Part shown: in pieces, positions 10,511 to 21,069 of the stretch | How positions within the stretch are numbered: position 1 is the first letter of the stretch | Layout: the number at the start of each line of letters is the position of its first letter | Assembly: GCA_963693115.1 (NCBI GenBank) | Contig: OY843750.1 | Coordinates: 60,306-124,305 of the forward strand | Length of the DNA: 64,000 nt | Reading direction: 5' to 3' | Origin: Spirochaetia bacterium | GTDB lineage: Bacteria; Spirochaetota; Spirochaetia; WTKD01; G963693115 | Position numbers and translations under genes: made by a program | The notes under the pieces: generated by a model | Databases searched by the model: none | What the model was told of the DNA's origin: nothing | What the model saw: the letters and a program-made list of their open reading frames with translations, nothing else

Positions 10511-11215
10511 ATGAAAATAACCGGAGGAATGCTACAAGGAATAACACTAGAAAACGTCAAGGGAGATGTTCGTCCCCTCACCGCACGTATACGCCGATCA
10601 CTCTTTGACGCACTTTCCACATATATGGCTAGGAAAAACCAGACTGAAACAAAATTCTTAGACCTCTTTGCAGGAAGTGGAATAGTGAGTGCTGAGGCAA
10701 TTTCAAGAAATTTTGACTCATGTACCTTAGTCGAGAAGGATCCAATCAAGCGCCTACATCTAAAGCATACACAAACCCACCTTATCAAAAAAACACAAAA
10801 ACAAGTATATGTATATATAGAACCAGTAGAACGCTTTATACAAGGCCATACAAAGAGTTACATGGTGATATTTCTCGATCCACCATACCGCTATGCTTAT
10901 AAAAGCCAACTACTACATCGCGTTGCATGCTCAAAACTTGTCAATGACCAAAGCCTATTAATCATGCATCTCCCCAGCAAAGAAGATATCATTATTCAAT
11001 CTGCTATGAAAAGTCCTCAAAAATATCGAGCAACACCTCCCCCAAAAAAAAATCATCGAGATATTTTAGCAAATTCGTTCGCCAAGCCTCCATTAGAATC
11101 AGAAAAAGAAACTGCTATACATCCACCAAAATTGACGATTATAAAAGAGAGACGCTATGGGGGCGCAAAACTGTGCTACTACAGAATGCGCAGTGACTAT
11201 TGGTCGCGTTTCTAA
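10511..11215 (+). CDS. rsmD: 16S rRNA (guanine966-N2)-methyltransferase RsmD-family protein with C-terminal Pro/Lys-rich extension
   Basis: SAM motif LDLFAGSGIVSAEAI and the FLDPPY (DPPY) motif. It is about 50 aa longer than typical RsmD. Confidence 0.75.
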   Translation: MKITGGMLQGITLENVKGDVRPLTARIRRSLFDALSTYMARKNQTETKFLDLFAGSGIVSAEAISRNFDSCTLVEKDPIKRLHLKHTQTHLIKKTQKQVYVYIEPVERFIQGHTKSYMVIFLDPPYRYAYKSQLLHRVACSKLVNDQSLLIMHLPSKEDIIIQSAMKSPQKYRATPPPKKNHRDILANSFAKPPLESEKETAIHPPKLTIIKERRYGGAKLCYYRMRSDYWSRF

Positions 11216-11361
11216 AGAAAGACATATCAGTGAAACCCATAGTAAATAGGCACATGCACCAAGACATACGCAACAGACACGCATCGAGAACATTACCAGC
11301 AAAATACAAAAAAACTGCACGCATATACAAAGAATTACACCAAAGAACATAAAGTAAAACA

Positions 11362-12480
11362 ATGAAAAATTATTTTACCCGATATGACAACTATCTCTCA
11401 ACCATAGCAAACATTCAGAGTCATCTCAGTAGCAAGGGATACCTTAGAACACATATACCACTTGTAGATAAGCAGAGCAACTATAATTTTTTAGAAAATA
11501 GTCTCTCAAAAAATCACAACTCAGGAAACGAAACCCTCAGAGAGCAGTACGTCGTGCTTATGGACAAAGAAAACAAGGTAATACGCTTTGATAGCACCGT
11601 CTCACTCGCCCAACTCCTAAGAAAACACAATACAGTCCTCCCATTTAAAGCACAGTATGCAAATACGGTACTCCACAAACGCGGACCCTTTAACGAAACT
11701 TGGCAATTGGGGGCAGAACATTTTTATTCAGCCCTCACAGATGCCGACAAAGCCTTTCCGGAAATGCTCGAAATTCTTTGCGAGTCAATCAATATATTGG
11801 GAATACAGGATTTTTTTATACATATAGGCTACGTTCCCTTGGTCCATTCTTTATTTGAAAGAAATAACGACATCATAGCGGATCAAAGCAAAATCTATGC
11901 ATATATACGAAACCGAAGTTTTGATGCACTATACAGACATTATGGATTTAATGAGAAGGGTATAAGCATACAAGCCTTTCATCACTTGTTTAAAATTGTT
12001 GATAAAAATACAATAAACGAGTGGTACGCTACGCTCAATCAATCTGAGATACCTAACTACTACCATGCCCATAATTCTTTAGACTGGCACACTATAGAAA
12101 AAAAATATTTTGATCCGATACGATCACTCTTTAGTACAAGACTAGGATTTCGCCTTAGACTCGACTTGAGCGAAGTTCCTGAGACTAGTTTTCATTATGG
12201 TACACTTTTTTCTGCTTATGCAATACTAGGAACACACGCAGACCGTCCAATATGCATAGCGAGAGGGGGTAATTATATCTTTGATTATGATGATATTAGC
12301 ACATCAGCAAACCCATCGCATTTAGAAACCCTCAAAATTCCTACCGACAAGGGCTCCAAAAAGAATTCAAAAGAAAATTCCCAAAAAGACAATAAAAAAC
12401 CCACAATACCTACTACGATTGCTGGTATGGGATTCACTCTCTATCCCGATCCCCTACTGGAGTTGACTCATGACCACTAG
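11362..12480 (+). CDS. hisZ: ATP phosphoribosyltransferase regulatory subunit HisZ (HisRS paralog)
   Basis: 372 aa class II aaRS-like protein directly upstream of, and overlapping, a short-form hisG. This arrangement is typical of HisZ/HisG(S) systems. Confidence 0.6.
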   Translation: MKNYFTRYDNYLSTIANIQSHLSSKGYLRTHIPLVDKQSNYNFLENSLSKNHNSGNETLREQYVVLMDKENKVIRFDSTVSLAQLLRKHNTVLPFKAQYANTVLHKRGPFNETWQLGAEHFYSALTDADKAFPEMLEILCESINILGIQDFFIHIGYVPLVHSLFERNNDIIADQSKIYAYIRNRSFDALYRHYGFNEKGISIQAFHHLFKIVDKNTINEWYATLNQSEIPNYYHAHNSLDWHTIEKKYFDPIRSLFSTRLGFRLRLDLSEVPETSFHYGTLFSAYAILGTHADRPICIARGGNYIFDYDDISTSANPSHLETLKIPTDKGSKKNSKENSQKDNKKPTIPTTIAGMGFTLYPDPLLELTHDH

Positions 12481-13087
12481 AAACCTCTCAATCGCGGTTG
12501 GTAAAGGTCGCCTAGAATCACCGATTCTCGATTATTTTGCTGCAAAACAATTGCATTTTGACAAAACCAAGCGTAACCTTACCCTCATATGCAAGAACTA
12601 TAATATCAGAATGCTGTTTGTTAAGAATAGCGATCTTTCACAGTATGTGCACAATGGCATAGTTGACCTAGGAATTGCGGGTTCCGATACCATTCACGAA
12701 AGTGAATACCATTTTGTGCTATTGGGCGAATTTCCCTTTGGTAAAACAAAAATTTGTCTCATCGCAAAACAACATACATCTCCCATTGAGAGCGTACCCG
12801 TAACGAGCATTGCAAGTAAGTATACCCGTATTACAAGAGATTTTGTTCAAAGACGCCAGCTCAATGCAGAAATCATACCTCTTCAGGGATCAGTAGAATT
12901 AGCGCCAAGGCTAGGTCTCGCCCCCTATATAATTGACTTAGTAGACACAGGAGATACAATCAAGGCAAACAACCTTGTGATACAAGAAGAAATAGGGAGC
13001 ACATCCGTGCAACTTATAGCAAACCAAGCAAGCTATAAGCTCCATTATCGAGACATAGACAAGCTAGTAGAACTACTACAATTATGA
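12470..13087 (+). CDS. hisG: ATP phosphoribosyltransferase, short form
   Basis: 205 aa. The N-terminus LSIAVGKGRLESPILDYF and the overall HisG(S) pattern. Overlaps the hisZ stop. Confidence 0.8.
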   Translation: MTTRNLSIAVGKGRLESPILDYFAAKQLHFDKTKRNLTLICKNYNIRMLFVKNSDLSQYVHNGIVDLGIAGSDTIHESEYHFVLLGEFPFGKTKICLIAKQHTSPIESVPVTSIASKYTRITRDFVQRRQLNAEIIPLQGSVELAPRLGLAPYIIDLVDTGDTIKANNLVIQEEIGSTSVQLIANQASYKLHYRDIDKLVELLQL

Positions 13088-13099
13088 GATTATGAAACT

Positions 13100-13681
13100 A
13101 TGAGCAAAATATACACACGTACCCGTAACACTAAAGAAACTACCATCACCATGAACCTCAATTTTGAACACGGAGATTTGACACTTGATAATCCTGTTCC
13201 ATTTTTTAGCCATGTACTCTATAGCATGTTGTTTCACGGTGGGTGGTCTGGCTCGCTTGCCCTCAGTGGAGATATAGAGGTAGATGATCACCATCTGGTC
13301 GAAGATACAGGGATAGTATTAGGAGAAATTCTTGCACTCTGTGCAAGTGAACGACAACCTATACAGCGTTTTGGAACAGCGCTGGTGCCCATGGATGATG
13401 CTCTTGCACGCGTTGCCATTGACTTTTCGGGTCGTCCCTATCTCGCGTATGAGGCATCTTATCCCCAAGCACGCGTTGGTACTTTTGATGTAAGCCTCAT
13501 TAGAGAATTTTTTTATGCACTTGCAATGAATGCCCATATCAATCTTCATATCGCTTTACTCTCTGGAATAAATGCTCATCATATGATAGAAGCATCGGCA
13601 AAGGCCTGTGGTCTTGCCATCAAATCAGCCTTGCAATCACATGGATCTGGTTGGGTACAATCCACAAAAGGTCTCTTGTAA
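13100..13681 (+). CDS. hisB: Imidazoleglycerol-phosphate dehydratase
   Basis: 193 aa. IGPD signatures RNTKETTITMNL, DDHHLVEDTGIVLG and the His-rich metal-site motifs. Confidence 0.88.
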   Translation: MSKIYTRTRNTKETTITMNLNFEHGDLTLDNPVPFFSHVLYSMLFHGGWSGSLALSGDIEVDDHHLVEDTGIVLGEILALCASERQPIQRFGTALVPMDDALARVAIDFSGRPYLAYEASYPQARVGTFDVSLIREFFYALAMNAHINLHIALLSGINAHHMIEASAKACGLAIKSALQSHGSGWVQSTKGLL

Positions 13682-13700
13682 ACAAATAAGTGATCAGCAT

Positions 13701-14168
13701 ATGAGTGATTCACACAAACATCCACAAAAAGATCACAAATCACTCCACCACAAGGCTATTCCTCCCAAAAAAACATTTCGCAAAATAGACCTAACCTATG
13801 GACAGTCTCACACACATACCCACGCTCCCCTGTCAAAATCCGATCCTTCAAAAATCTCAAAATCTATGCCTCCGCACGATACGCCTATAAACAAGCATCA
13901 TCAAAATACTAATACTTCCTCCCAGCATTCAGCACAACAAAACAGTAGTAGCAGCTCCACAAGCCTCGCTTACCGTCTTACTGTTGCCGTTAAAACACAT
14001 AATACTGCAGAAATGGAGTCAGTTGCACAAGAACTACAAAATGATGGTGATTTTATATCTGCTTATAAAATTCTACATAAAGCAGGATCAACCGAAAAAA
14101 AACAGAGACTCGCAAAAAAAATTGCTTCTGCCATTCTCTATCAAAACGGTTGGCCTGACTTGATATAG
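13701..14168 (+). CDS. Histidine-rich low-complexity hypothetical protein (about 155 aa)
   Basis: ORF in the gap between hisB and the alaS 3' end. His/Ser/Gln-rich N-half (HKHPQKDHKSLHHK, HTHTHAP, HHQNTNTSSQHS) and a more structured C-terminal 60 aa. No homology recognisable. Confidence 0.35.
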   Translation: MSDSHKHPQKDHKSLHHKAIPPKKTFRKIDLTYGQSHTHTHAPLSKSDPSKISKSMPPHDTPINKHHQNTNTSSQHSAQQNSSSSSTSLAYRLTVAVKTHNTAEMESVAQELQNDGDFISAYKILHKAGSTEKKQRLAKKIASAILYQNGWPDLI

Positions 14169-14185
14169 TACATAAGCAATCGCTC

Positions 14186-14240
14186 TCTGTCGTTAAAATA
14201 GTCTTTCGTTAAAATAGTCTGTCATTAAATATTTTGTCTT
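14186..14240. repeat. 16-bp tandem repeat x3 (tctgtcgttaaaatag-like) in intergenic region
   Basis: Direct reading: tctgtcgttaaaatag / tctttcgttaaaatag / tctgtcattaaatatt, then degenerate copies. Confidence 0.8.
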
Positions 14241-14271
14241 AACTAGTCGTTGTTAAAGGTATATGGACGTA

Positions 14272-16146
14272 TCAAGTCGTTAGAGTTGCACGAATCCTTC
14301 GTATGCCCGATGACACGCTTCCTTCTTTTGTAATTTTGAATGTTCCTAGTTCACTCGTATTTGTAACATGGGGACCACCACACACTTCTTTAGAGTAGTC
14401 TCCTATGCTATAGACGAGGACTTCCGATTGGTACTTATTGGTAAAAAGAGCAATTGCACCACTCTGTACCGCCGCATCGAGGCTTGTGGTCGTTTTGCTC
14501 ACTGGGAGATGCGCGCCTATTTTTTCATTAACAATCAATTCTATTTTTGCGAGCTCTTCAGGGCTACATTTTTTTGGATGAGAAAAATCAAAACGTAGTC
14601 GCTCTTCAGTGATATTGCTTCCCCGCTGTGCAACATGGACGCCCAACACGTCCCGAAGAGCTTGGTGCAAGAGGTGTGTTGCAGTATGGAGACGGGTGGT
14701 TGCGCGAGTGCGCGTTTCTAAGCCTCCTTTAGAGCTGTGTTCTATAGTGCGTGATTTTTTCTTGTGTACTTCTGCTGCCTGCTCAAATTCTTGTGTTGAT
14801 ATATCAAATCCTCGCTCACGAGCCATTTCTTTTGTAAGTTCGAGAGGAAACCCGTAGGTCTCGTATAAATAGAAGGCGTTTTTTCCTGATAGGGTATGTG
14901 TATTTCTTTGAGAGTCTTCTGTAGTATTAGTTTTTTGAGCTCCTAGATTTTTTGAGGCTTTTTTGCTAGCACTGGTTTCGATTAGCTTTTCAAACATGCG
15001 CTTTCCTTTGTCGAGAGTAGTAAGAAATTTTTTTTCTTCTTCTTTGAGGGAATGTACAATACTATCTTTTTTTTCTGCAAGTTGCGGATATGCATCTTTA
15101 TACGTGTCAATGATTGTATCAGCAAGATGGTACAACTGTTGATTTTGCCTATACTCGCGTAGATAACGGATAGCTCTGCGAATAATACGACGCAAGACAT
15201 AGCCACGCCCGTTATTCGATGGCTCGGTTGTTTGCTCGTCACCCAATATAAACACCGCAGCACGCATGTGATCTGCAATGATTCTCATAGCACGCAACAA
15301 GGACTGCTCTTCTGCACTGCGTGTAGCACGTGTAGAGAGTGCGTAGTACTCTTGTTTTTCGACCAGTTGAGAAACTACCTCCATAATAGGAGCAAACACT
15401 TCGATATCGAACACGGAATGCTTGCCCTGAAGTATGGCTGCTGTACGCTCTAGCCCCATACCTGTGTCAACGCATCTGAGCCGAAGAGGTTCATAATCAC
15501 CTTGTGCGTTCTTGTAGAACTGCATAAATACATTATTCCAAATTTCGGTATATCGTTCTGGGTTAGAGAGTATATGTTCGCTTGTAGTATTCTCATATCC
15601 CGTGCGTTCCACAAAAATTTCTGTATCTGGTCCACAGGGACCCACAGCACCAGGTGGCCCCCACCAATTATGCTTTCGCCCTAGAAAAAAAATTCGCTTA
15701 TCTGCAATAGCATGTTCTCGCCAGTGCCCTGCTGATTCTTTATCGGGTGCTATTCCCTCTTCGCCCTCAAATACGGTGATCGAGAGTCGCAGTGGATCAA
15801 TATTAAGATATTTACTTGAGGTCAAAAATTCGTAGCTGAGTGCAATAGATTCCTTTTTAAAGTAATCACCGAGCGACCAATTACCAAGCATTTCAAAAAA
15901 AGTAAGATGCATGTCATCTCCCACTTCGTCAATATCGCCCGTTCGGATACACCGTTGGACATTGACAAGGCGTGTTCCCATAGGGTGGGATTGCCCCTGT
16001 ATGTATCGAATGAGCGGGTGCATCCCTGCAGTAGTAAATAGCACGGTGGGATCTTCTTCGGGAACAAGAGATGCGTTAGCAATGCGCTTGTGCTTTCTAC
16101 TACAAAAGAAATCAATATAGCGTGAACGAAGTTCATTGGTGGTCAT
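14272..16146 (-). CDS. alaS: Alanine--tRNA ligase, short form lacking the C-terminal C-Ala domain
   Basis: 624 aa. Class II AlaRS N-terminus (FTTAGMHPL). Editing-domain motifs HTATHLLH and CGGPHV are present, but the protein ends shortly after them. Confidence 0.9.
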   Translation of the reverse strand: MTTNELRSRYIDFFCSRKHKRIANASLVPEEDPTVLFTTAGMHPLIRYIQGQSHPMGTRLVNVQRCIRTGDIDEVGDDMHLTFFEMLGNWSLGDYFKKESIALSYEFLTSSKYLNIDPLRLSITVFEGEEGIAPDKESAGHWREHAIADKRIFFLGRKHNWWGPPGAVGPCGPDTEIFVERTGYENTTSEHILSNPERYTEIWNNVFMQFYKNAQGDYEPLRLRCVDTGMGLERTAAILQGKHSVFDIEVFAPIMEVVSQLVEKQEYYALSTRATRSAEEQSLLRAMRIIADHMRAAVFILGDEQTTEPSNNGRGYVLRRIIRRAIRYLREYRQNQQLYHLADTIIDTYKDAYPQLAEKKDSIVHSLKEEEKKFLTTLDKGKRMFEKLIETSASKKASKNLGAQKTNTTEDSQRNTHTLSGKNAFYLYETYGFPLELTKEMARERGFDISTQEFEQAAEVHKKKSRTIEHSSKGGLETRTRATTRLHTATHLLHQALRDVLGVHVAQRGSNITEERLRFDFSHPKKCSPEELAKIELIVNEKIGAHLPVSKTTTSLDAAVQSGAIALFTNKYQSEVLVYSIGDYSKEVCGGPHVTNTSELGTFKITKEGSVSSGIRRIRATLTT

Positions 16147-16295
16147 AATATACTCTATATTAATTGTAATTTATAGACTACTTGTTAGTCTTTATTATCA
16201 CAGTTCATTCTCATATCATAGGAGTAGTGAAAAAACGATAGACGCCATTTCATTACGTTGCTGTTGTCTGTATTGTTCTTTCTTAGGCTGTTTTT

Positions 16296-16355
16296 CTTAC
16301 ATTGGCTTTGCTTACATTGGTTTTGCTTACATTGGTTTTTTGTCTGCTATCGCAG
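16296..16355. repeat. 15-bp tandem repeat x4 (cttacattggttttg)
   Basis: cttacattggctttg / cttacattggttttg x2 / cttacattggttttt. It lies at the 3' end of the 457-aa gene and upstream of the alaS start. Confidence 0.85.
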
Positions 16356-17720
16356 AGGACGTACATAGCGTACGAGACCCGAATACACATTGTATTTACG
16401 ACTCATATACTGCTCAACCTCTTTGGCAATGTTAAGTGTATACGCTGTAAGTGTTTTTGAATCAGGACTATACCCAAAAAAACGAGCGGGAGCATACCAC
16501 GTCAAGGCTTCAATGGGGCGTTGCATGAGGTAGGCCAGTAATTCGTTGACAACAAGATAGGTATTACCTACATCATAAGAAGATTTGGTCAAAAAAGACT
16601 TCCATCTCTGAGTAAACCTAGGTCGGAGTCCATTCCACATATCCTCCATAGACTGCACTAGCTGTTCATCTCGAAAGTAAAACATATGGATAATCTCATG
16701 ATCAAGTAGGACATCTTTAATAGACACATCTAAAGCATTGTGTATTGATGCAATACAACATTCGAGCCCTGTTTCTAGTACCATATGCTCTGTTTTGTAA
16801 CCCGACAAGGTCGCATTCACGAGCATATCGTGTGCAATAAGATAACGTAACAAAGAAAGTTCTTTTTTATTCAATGCTAGGTCATTGGTCAGTGCGGTAG
16901 TATAGAACCGTGCAATATCCTCTAGTCTATAGTCATGCGCGTTCCATCCTTTTTTTCCAGCAAGCTGATTGTTTGATAGTAGGGTACCAGCATGCCCTGC
17001 CTTCTCAACAAAATGTGCAAGTCGTAAAAAATAGTCGCTTTGTATGGTGCCATCTTTAAATATAAATACATGTATATCGGGATAATCTTGCCAACGATAA
17101 TGGCTAAAGTCTTTTGCCAAAGATGTTTTTTCTTGGCATGCTAATATTGCGCTTTGTTTTTGATCAAATATATCTTTGCTATTTTGAATTGCGCAATCGG
17201 ATTCGTTTGGAGTCACGTATTTCATCAGCATGATGGGAACACGAGGAACAGACGCCAGCTCTCCTGTACCAGCCTTTTGATCTATATGTGCGATGTTGAC
17301 AAAAAAGCCACCCCTACCGCTTTTGTCACGGATAAGCGATCGATGCTTTTTAGATTGCCAGAAGCGAGGTGGATAGAGGTGTACAAAGCGTTCTGCCAGT
17401 TGAATCCGTATGTTAGTTGCATACCTGTCCTTTATTTTTACTTTCCAATGCAAGACATGCGCGCCACGACGCAATTCTACCACGTAGTTTTCTAATAATA
17501 TATCCTTGTCATAAAACGAAACGGTCATGAGGCGTGGGATTGCAACCATTGATCCTTGATCGTAAGGAACAAGTTCATAGCGTATCCGCACGGTGTTGTA
17601 CACAGTAGGAAACGGTATAGCAAATTTATAAGAATTTGCATAAAGTTCGAGAGAACAGAAGAAAAGCACCGCAAATAAGATGCTTTTTCCCATAACACAC
17701 AGTTTTATTATACGACTCAT
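16347..17720 (-). CDS. Secreted hypothetical protein with HExxH motif (457 aa)
   Basis: N-terminal signal peptide (MSRIIKLCVMGKSILFAVLFFCSLELYANS). Contains HEIIH (a possible zinc-metallopeptidase-like HExxH). No other assignable domain. Confidence 0.55.
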   Translation of the reverse strand: MSRIIKLCVMGKSILFAVLFFCSLELYANSYKFAIPFPTVYNTVRIRYELVPYDQGSMVAIPRLMTVSFYDKDILLENYVVELRRGAHVLHWKVKIKDRYATNIRIQLAERFVHLYPPRFWQSKKHRSLIRDKSGRGGFFVNIAHIDQKAGTGELASVPRVPIMLMKYVTPNESDCAIQNSKDIFDQKQSAILACQEKTSLAKDFSHYRWQDYPDIHVFIFKDGTIQSDYFLRLAHFVEKAGHAGTLLSNNQLAGKKGWNAHDYRLEDIARFYTTALTNDLALNKKELSLLRYLIAHDMLVNATLSGYKTEHMVLETGLECCIASIHNALDVSIKDVLLDHEIIHMFYFRDEQLVQSMEDMWNGLRPRFTQRWKSFLTKSSYDVGNTYLVVNELLAYLMQRPIEALTWYAPARFFGYSPDSKTLTAYTLNIAKEVEQYMSRKYNVYSGLVRYVRPLR

Positions 17721-17754
17721 TTATACTACCGCTATTATAGTTTATTATTATAAT

Positions 17755-18663
17755 ATGGTTTTTGAACTCCGAAACTACTACGCCATTACTCCTCTCAAGC
17801 GTCCCTATGTTCTTGAATCAGAATTAAAAAAGAGGTATACGCCTCAATATGCCAACAACACGTACTCAAACAACAAGACTACGTCATCATCTCCTTCTTC
17901 ATCTCACTTACCTACTCAGCAACTCAAAGGCACCATTTTGCTCTCTTCCGAAGGCATAAACGTAGCAATTTGTGGAGCTCCTCCCTTACTAGATGAGATT
18001 GAGTCTTTTTTTGTTAAACAAGCAATACCCTTACGTGGTCATATCACAACGCAACTCAGGAACGAAATCCTTCCGTTTAAAAAACTCAAAATTAAAACTA
18101 CACAAGAAGTTGTTGCTCTCAAAGTTCCGCTTGACCTTAGTCGCTGTGCCTCTCTTCCCCACGTAGCACCACAAGACTGGAACCAGCTCATCACCGATCC
18201 CCGCACGCTTGTCATAGACAGTCGAAACAACTACGAGTATGTACTCGGACACTTTAAAGGTGCAATCAATCCCCTTACGAGTAGCTTTAGAGAATTTCCC
18301 CTCTTTGTCGACCATATGCTTGACACATATCTCGAAGGAAAAACCAATATTGCATTGTACTGCACTGGTGGTATACGTTGCGAAAAGTCTTCGCTGTTTC
18401 TCGCACTTCATAAAAAATCTCGTACACGAGATATTTATCAATTAGATGGTGGCATACTCGCGTATCTAAACACCATTCCTACACGACAATCGCTTTGGCA
18501 AGGGCTGTGTTTTGTATTTGACGATAGAGCCACCATAGATTCGCAATTTATACAAAGACCAATCACCATGCAAGACCAAGCACTACAAGGATATCAAGCA
18601 AAAAAACTCTCACGCTATACTATTCAGTCACAGCACTACCATTATGGTCATATACATCACTGA
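17755..18663 (+). CDS. trhO: Rhodanese-domain tRNA uridine(34) hydroxylase TrhO/YceA family (UPF0176)
   Basis: Rhodanese active-site loop CTGGIRCEK, characteristic of the YceA/TrhO family. The listed ORF begins at 17680 and overlaps the divergent gene; ATG 17755 is the likely start. Confidence 0.7.
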   Translation: MVFELRNYYAITPLKRPYVLESELKKRYTPQYANNTYSNNKTTSSSPSSSHLPTQQLKGTILLSSEGINVAICGAPPLLDEIESFFVKQAIPLRGHITTQLRNEILPFKKLKIKTTQEVVALKVPLDLSRCASLPHVAPQDWNQLITDPRTLVIDSRNNYEYVLGHFKGAINPLTSSFREFPLFVDHMLDTYLEGKTNIALYCTGGIRCEKSSLFLALHKKSRTRDIYQLDGGILAYLNTIPTRQSLWQGLCFVFDDRATIDSQFIQRPITMQDQALQGYQAKKLSRYTIQSQHYHYGHIHH

Positions 18664-18811
18664 TACGCCACATCATTACTCTAATAGCGTGCGCAATATT
18701 AAAAAAACATACAAAAAGACTCGTTAAAGAACGCATTGCACTATACATTACAGCACAATCATTACTACACAATCAAAATTTAGTATAATTATATAAAAAT
18801 TAGGAGAAAAT

Positions 18812-20866
18812 ATGACAATATCAATGGCGTTCTGGCTAGTGCTCATCAGTTCACTCGTATGCCTACTCTATGCAATTTTTCGCACTTTATGGATACATAA
18901 ACAAGACGACGGAAATTCGAAATTACAAGAAATAAGTGGCTACGTAGCAGACGGCGCTATGAGTTTTCTCAAGCAGGAATATCGTGTTCTCATACCATTT
19001 GTGGTAGTAGTGGCGATTCTTCTCTTTGTAGTAAATTCTGGCTTTGGCAGATGGCAAGCATTTTCATTCTTACTTGGTAGTTTTACCTCAGGGCTTGCTG
19101 GCTTTGTGGGAATGAAAGTTGCAACGGCGTCCAACAAGAAAACAACCGCTGCCGCAGTCAAAAGTATAAATAGTGCACTAAAAATTGCCTTTAGTGGTGG
19201 TAGCGTCATGGGGCTCTCCGTTGTAGGGCTGTCGCTGCTCGGCTTTTTTATTCTTTTCTTGATTTTTTCAAGTATACTAGACGTCAACGTCAATACCATT
19301 ACCGAACATTTTTTGCCAGTTATCACCGGATTCTCACTAGGCGCAAGCGCCATTGCGCTTTTTGCGCGAGTTGGTGGAGGAATCTTTACCAAGGCAGCAG
19401 ATGTTGGTGCCGATCTAGTCGGCAAGGTAGAGACAGGAATACCAGAAGACGATCAGCGCAACCCAGCTACCATAGCCGACAATGTAGGCGATAACGTAGG
19501 AGATGTTGCAGGAATGGGAGCCGATCTCTTTGAATCCTTTGTCGGTTCTATTATAGGATCGCTCATCCTCGCCTTTGCAGTAGAAGGAACCGGTGAGCTA
19601 AAGCTTCGCCTTGCAGCAATACCACTCGTTATGGTATCAATAGGAGCGATAGCATCAATCATAGGCATCTTTTTTGTGAGACTCAAGAAAGAAGAAGACT
19701 CACCTCAACGCGCACTCAATGTTGGCACTTTTGTGGCAGCCTTCATTGTTGTTGCCGCACTATACCCGCTCATCAATGCTATACTTGGCACTCATGTAGC
19801 TGATTCTCCTGTACAGGTATACGAAATATTTTTGTCAGCAGTATCGGGATTAGTCGCAGGTATTACCATAGGACTACTCACCGAGTATTACACTGGCTTT
19901 GGAAAAAAACCAGTAAAAGAAATCGTTACATCATCCGAAACCGGCTCTGCAACTAATATCATAACGGGCATAGGAGTAGGAATGTTCTCAACTATGCTCC
20001 CCGTTATCACTATCGCTATAGCAGTTGGCTTGAGTTTCTTTTTTGCAGGAACTTTTGGGATTGCAATAGCAGCACTTGGTATGCTCGTTACTCTCGGTAT
20101 TCAGCTCTCCGTGGATGCCTATGGACCTATTGCTGACAACGCCGGAGGTCTTGCAGTCATGAGCGAATACCCCGAAGAGGTAAGGAATAGAACCGACACC
20201 CTTGACTCAGTAGGCAACACTACCGCTGCAATAGGAAAGGGCTTTGCAATAGGAAGTGCAGCCCTCACAACCTTTATATTGTTTAGCTCGTTCAAAGTCG
20301 CCACAGGCACACAATCAGTTGACCTCACTTCAATACCCGTACTCATAGGGCTCTTGATAGGTGCAATGGTGCCCTACGTATTTAGTTCGCTTGCAATAAG
20401 TGCCATAGGGCGTGCCGCCTTTAAAATGATAGAAGAAGTGCGCAGACAATTTAAAGAAAAACCAGGTATACTGGAGTACAAAGAAAAACCCGATTACAAC
20501 AAGTGTATCAGCATATCAACTATTGCGGCCATACGCGAAATGCTCATACCGGGTATAGGTGCCGTACTAGTCCCAATACTTGTTGGATTTCTCGGGGGAA
20601 TCAATATGCTTACAGGGCTCATTGTGGGCACGACTGTGAGTGGCATTGTACTTGCAATTTTTATGGCAAATTCTGGAGGAGCATGGGATAATGCTAAAAA
20701 GATGATAGAAAGCGGTCAACTTGGTGGAAAAGGAAGCGATGCGCACAAAGCATCGGTAGTTGGCGATACCGTAGGGGATCCCTTTAAAGACACTGCAGGT
20801 CCTTCACTCAATATTCTCATCAAATTGATGACCGTTATATCACTGGTCATTGCCCCTCTTTTGTAG
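18812..20866 (+). CDS. hppA: Membrane-bound proton-translocating pyrophosphatase (V-type H+-PPase)
   Basis: 684 aa polytopic protein with the diagnostic [22 protein letters not shown] motif and a GGxWDNAKK C-terminal motif. RBS aggagaaaat upstream. Confidence 0.92.
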   Translation: MTISMAFWLVLISSLVCLLYAIFRTLWIHKQDDGNSKLQEISGYVADGAMSFLKQEYRVLIPFVVVVAILLFVVNSGFGRWQAFSFLLGSFTSGLAGFVGMKVATASNKKTTAAAVKSINSALKIAFSGGSVMGLSVVGLSLLGFFILFLIFSSILDVNVNTITEHFLPVITGFSLGASAIALFARVGGGIFTKAADVGADLVGKVETGIPEDDQRNPATIADNVGDNVGDVAGMGADLFESFVGSIIGSLILAFAVEGTGELKLRLAAIPLVMVSIGAIASIIGIFFVRLKKEEDSPQRALNVGTFVAAFIVVAALYPLINAILGTHVADSPVQVYEIFLSAVSGLVAGITIGLLTEYYTGFGKKPVKEIVTSSETGSATNIITGIGVGMFSTMLPVITIAIAVGLSFFFAGTFGIAIAALGMLVTLGIQLSVDAYGPIADNAGGLAVMSEYPEEVRNRTDTLDSVGNTTAAIGKGFAIGSAALTTFILFSSFKVATGTQSVDLTSIPVLIGLLIGAMVPYVFSSLAISAIGRAAFKMIEEVRRQFKEKPGILEYKEKPDYNKCISISTIAAIREMLIPGIGAVLVPILVGFLGGINMLTGLIVGTTVSGIVLAIFMANSGGAWDNAKKMIESGQLGGKGSDAHKASVVGDTVGDPFKDTAGPSLNILIKLMTVISLVIAPLL

Positions 20867-20917
20867 TTATGACCCTGTGATCTTCCCTGTGACACTGTGA
20901 TTATAGTGACATACTTT

Positions 20918-20961
20918 CATGTATATCAACTGAGTCGGTTGACTTAGTTGATATATACATG
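20918..20961. other. Long imperfect inverted repeat (about 16-bp stem, loop ggtt) downstream of hppA
   Basis: catgtatatcaactgagtc ggtt gacttagttgatatatacatg; pairing worked out by hand. Not followed by a T-run. Confidence 0.4.
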
Positions 20962-21069
20962 GTGAATACTCCTAGCATGAACTTATAAACCGAAGGTATC
21001 ATTCCATACCATCTTACTGATTTCACTGCTTTTTTCACTGCTTTTTTTTTCACTGACCAATATTTTTTA

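Noticed and set aside
16136-16435. ORF 16136-16435 (+) containing IGFAYIGFAYIGF
   Set aside because: The peptide repeat is just the translation of the 15-bp intergenic tandem repeat. The ORF overlaps the alaS start and the end of the neighbouring gene.
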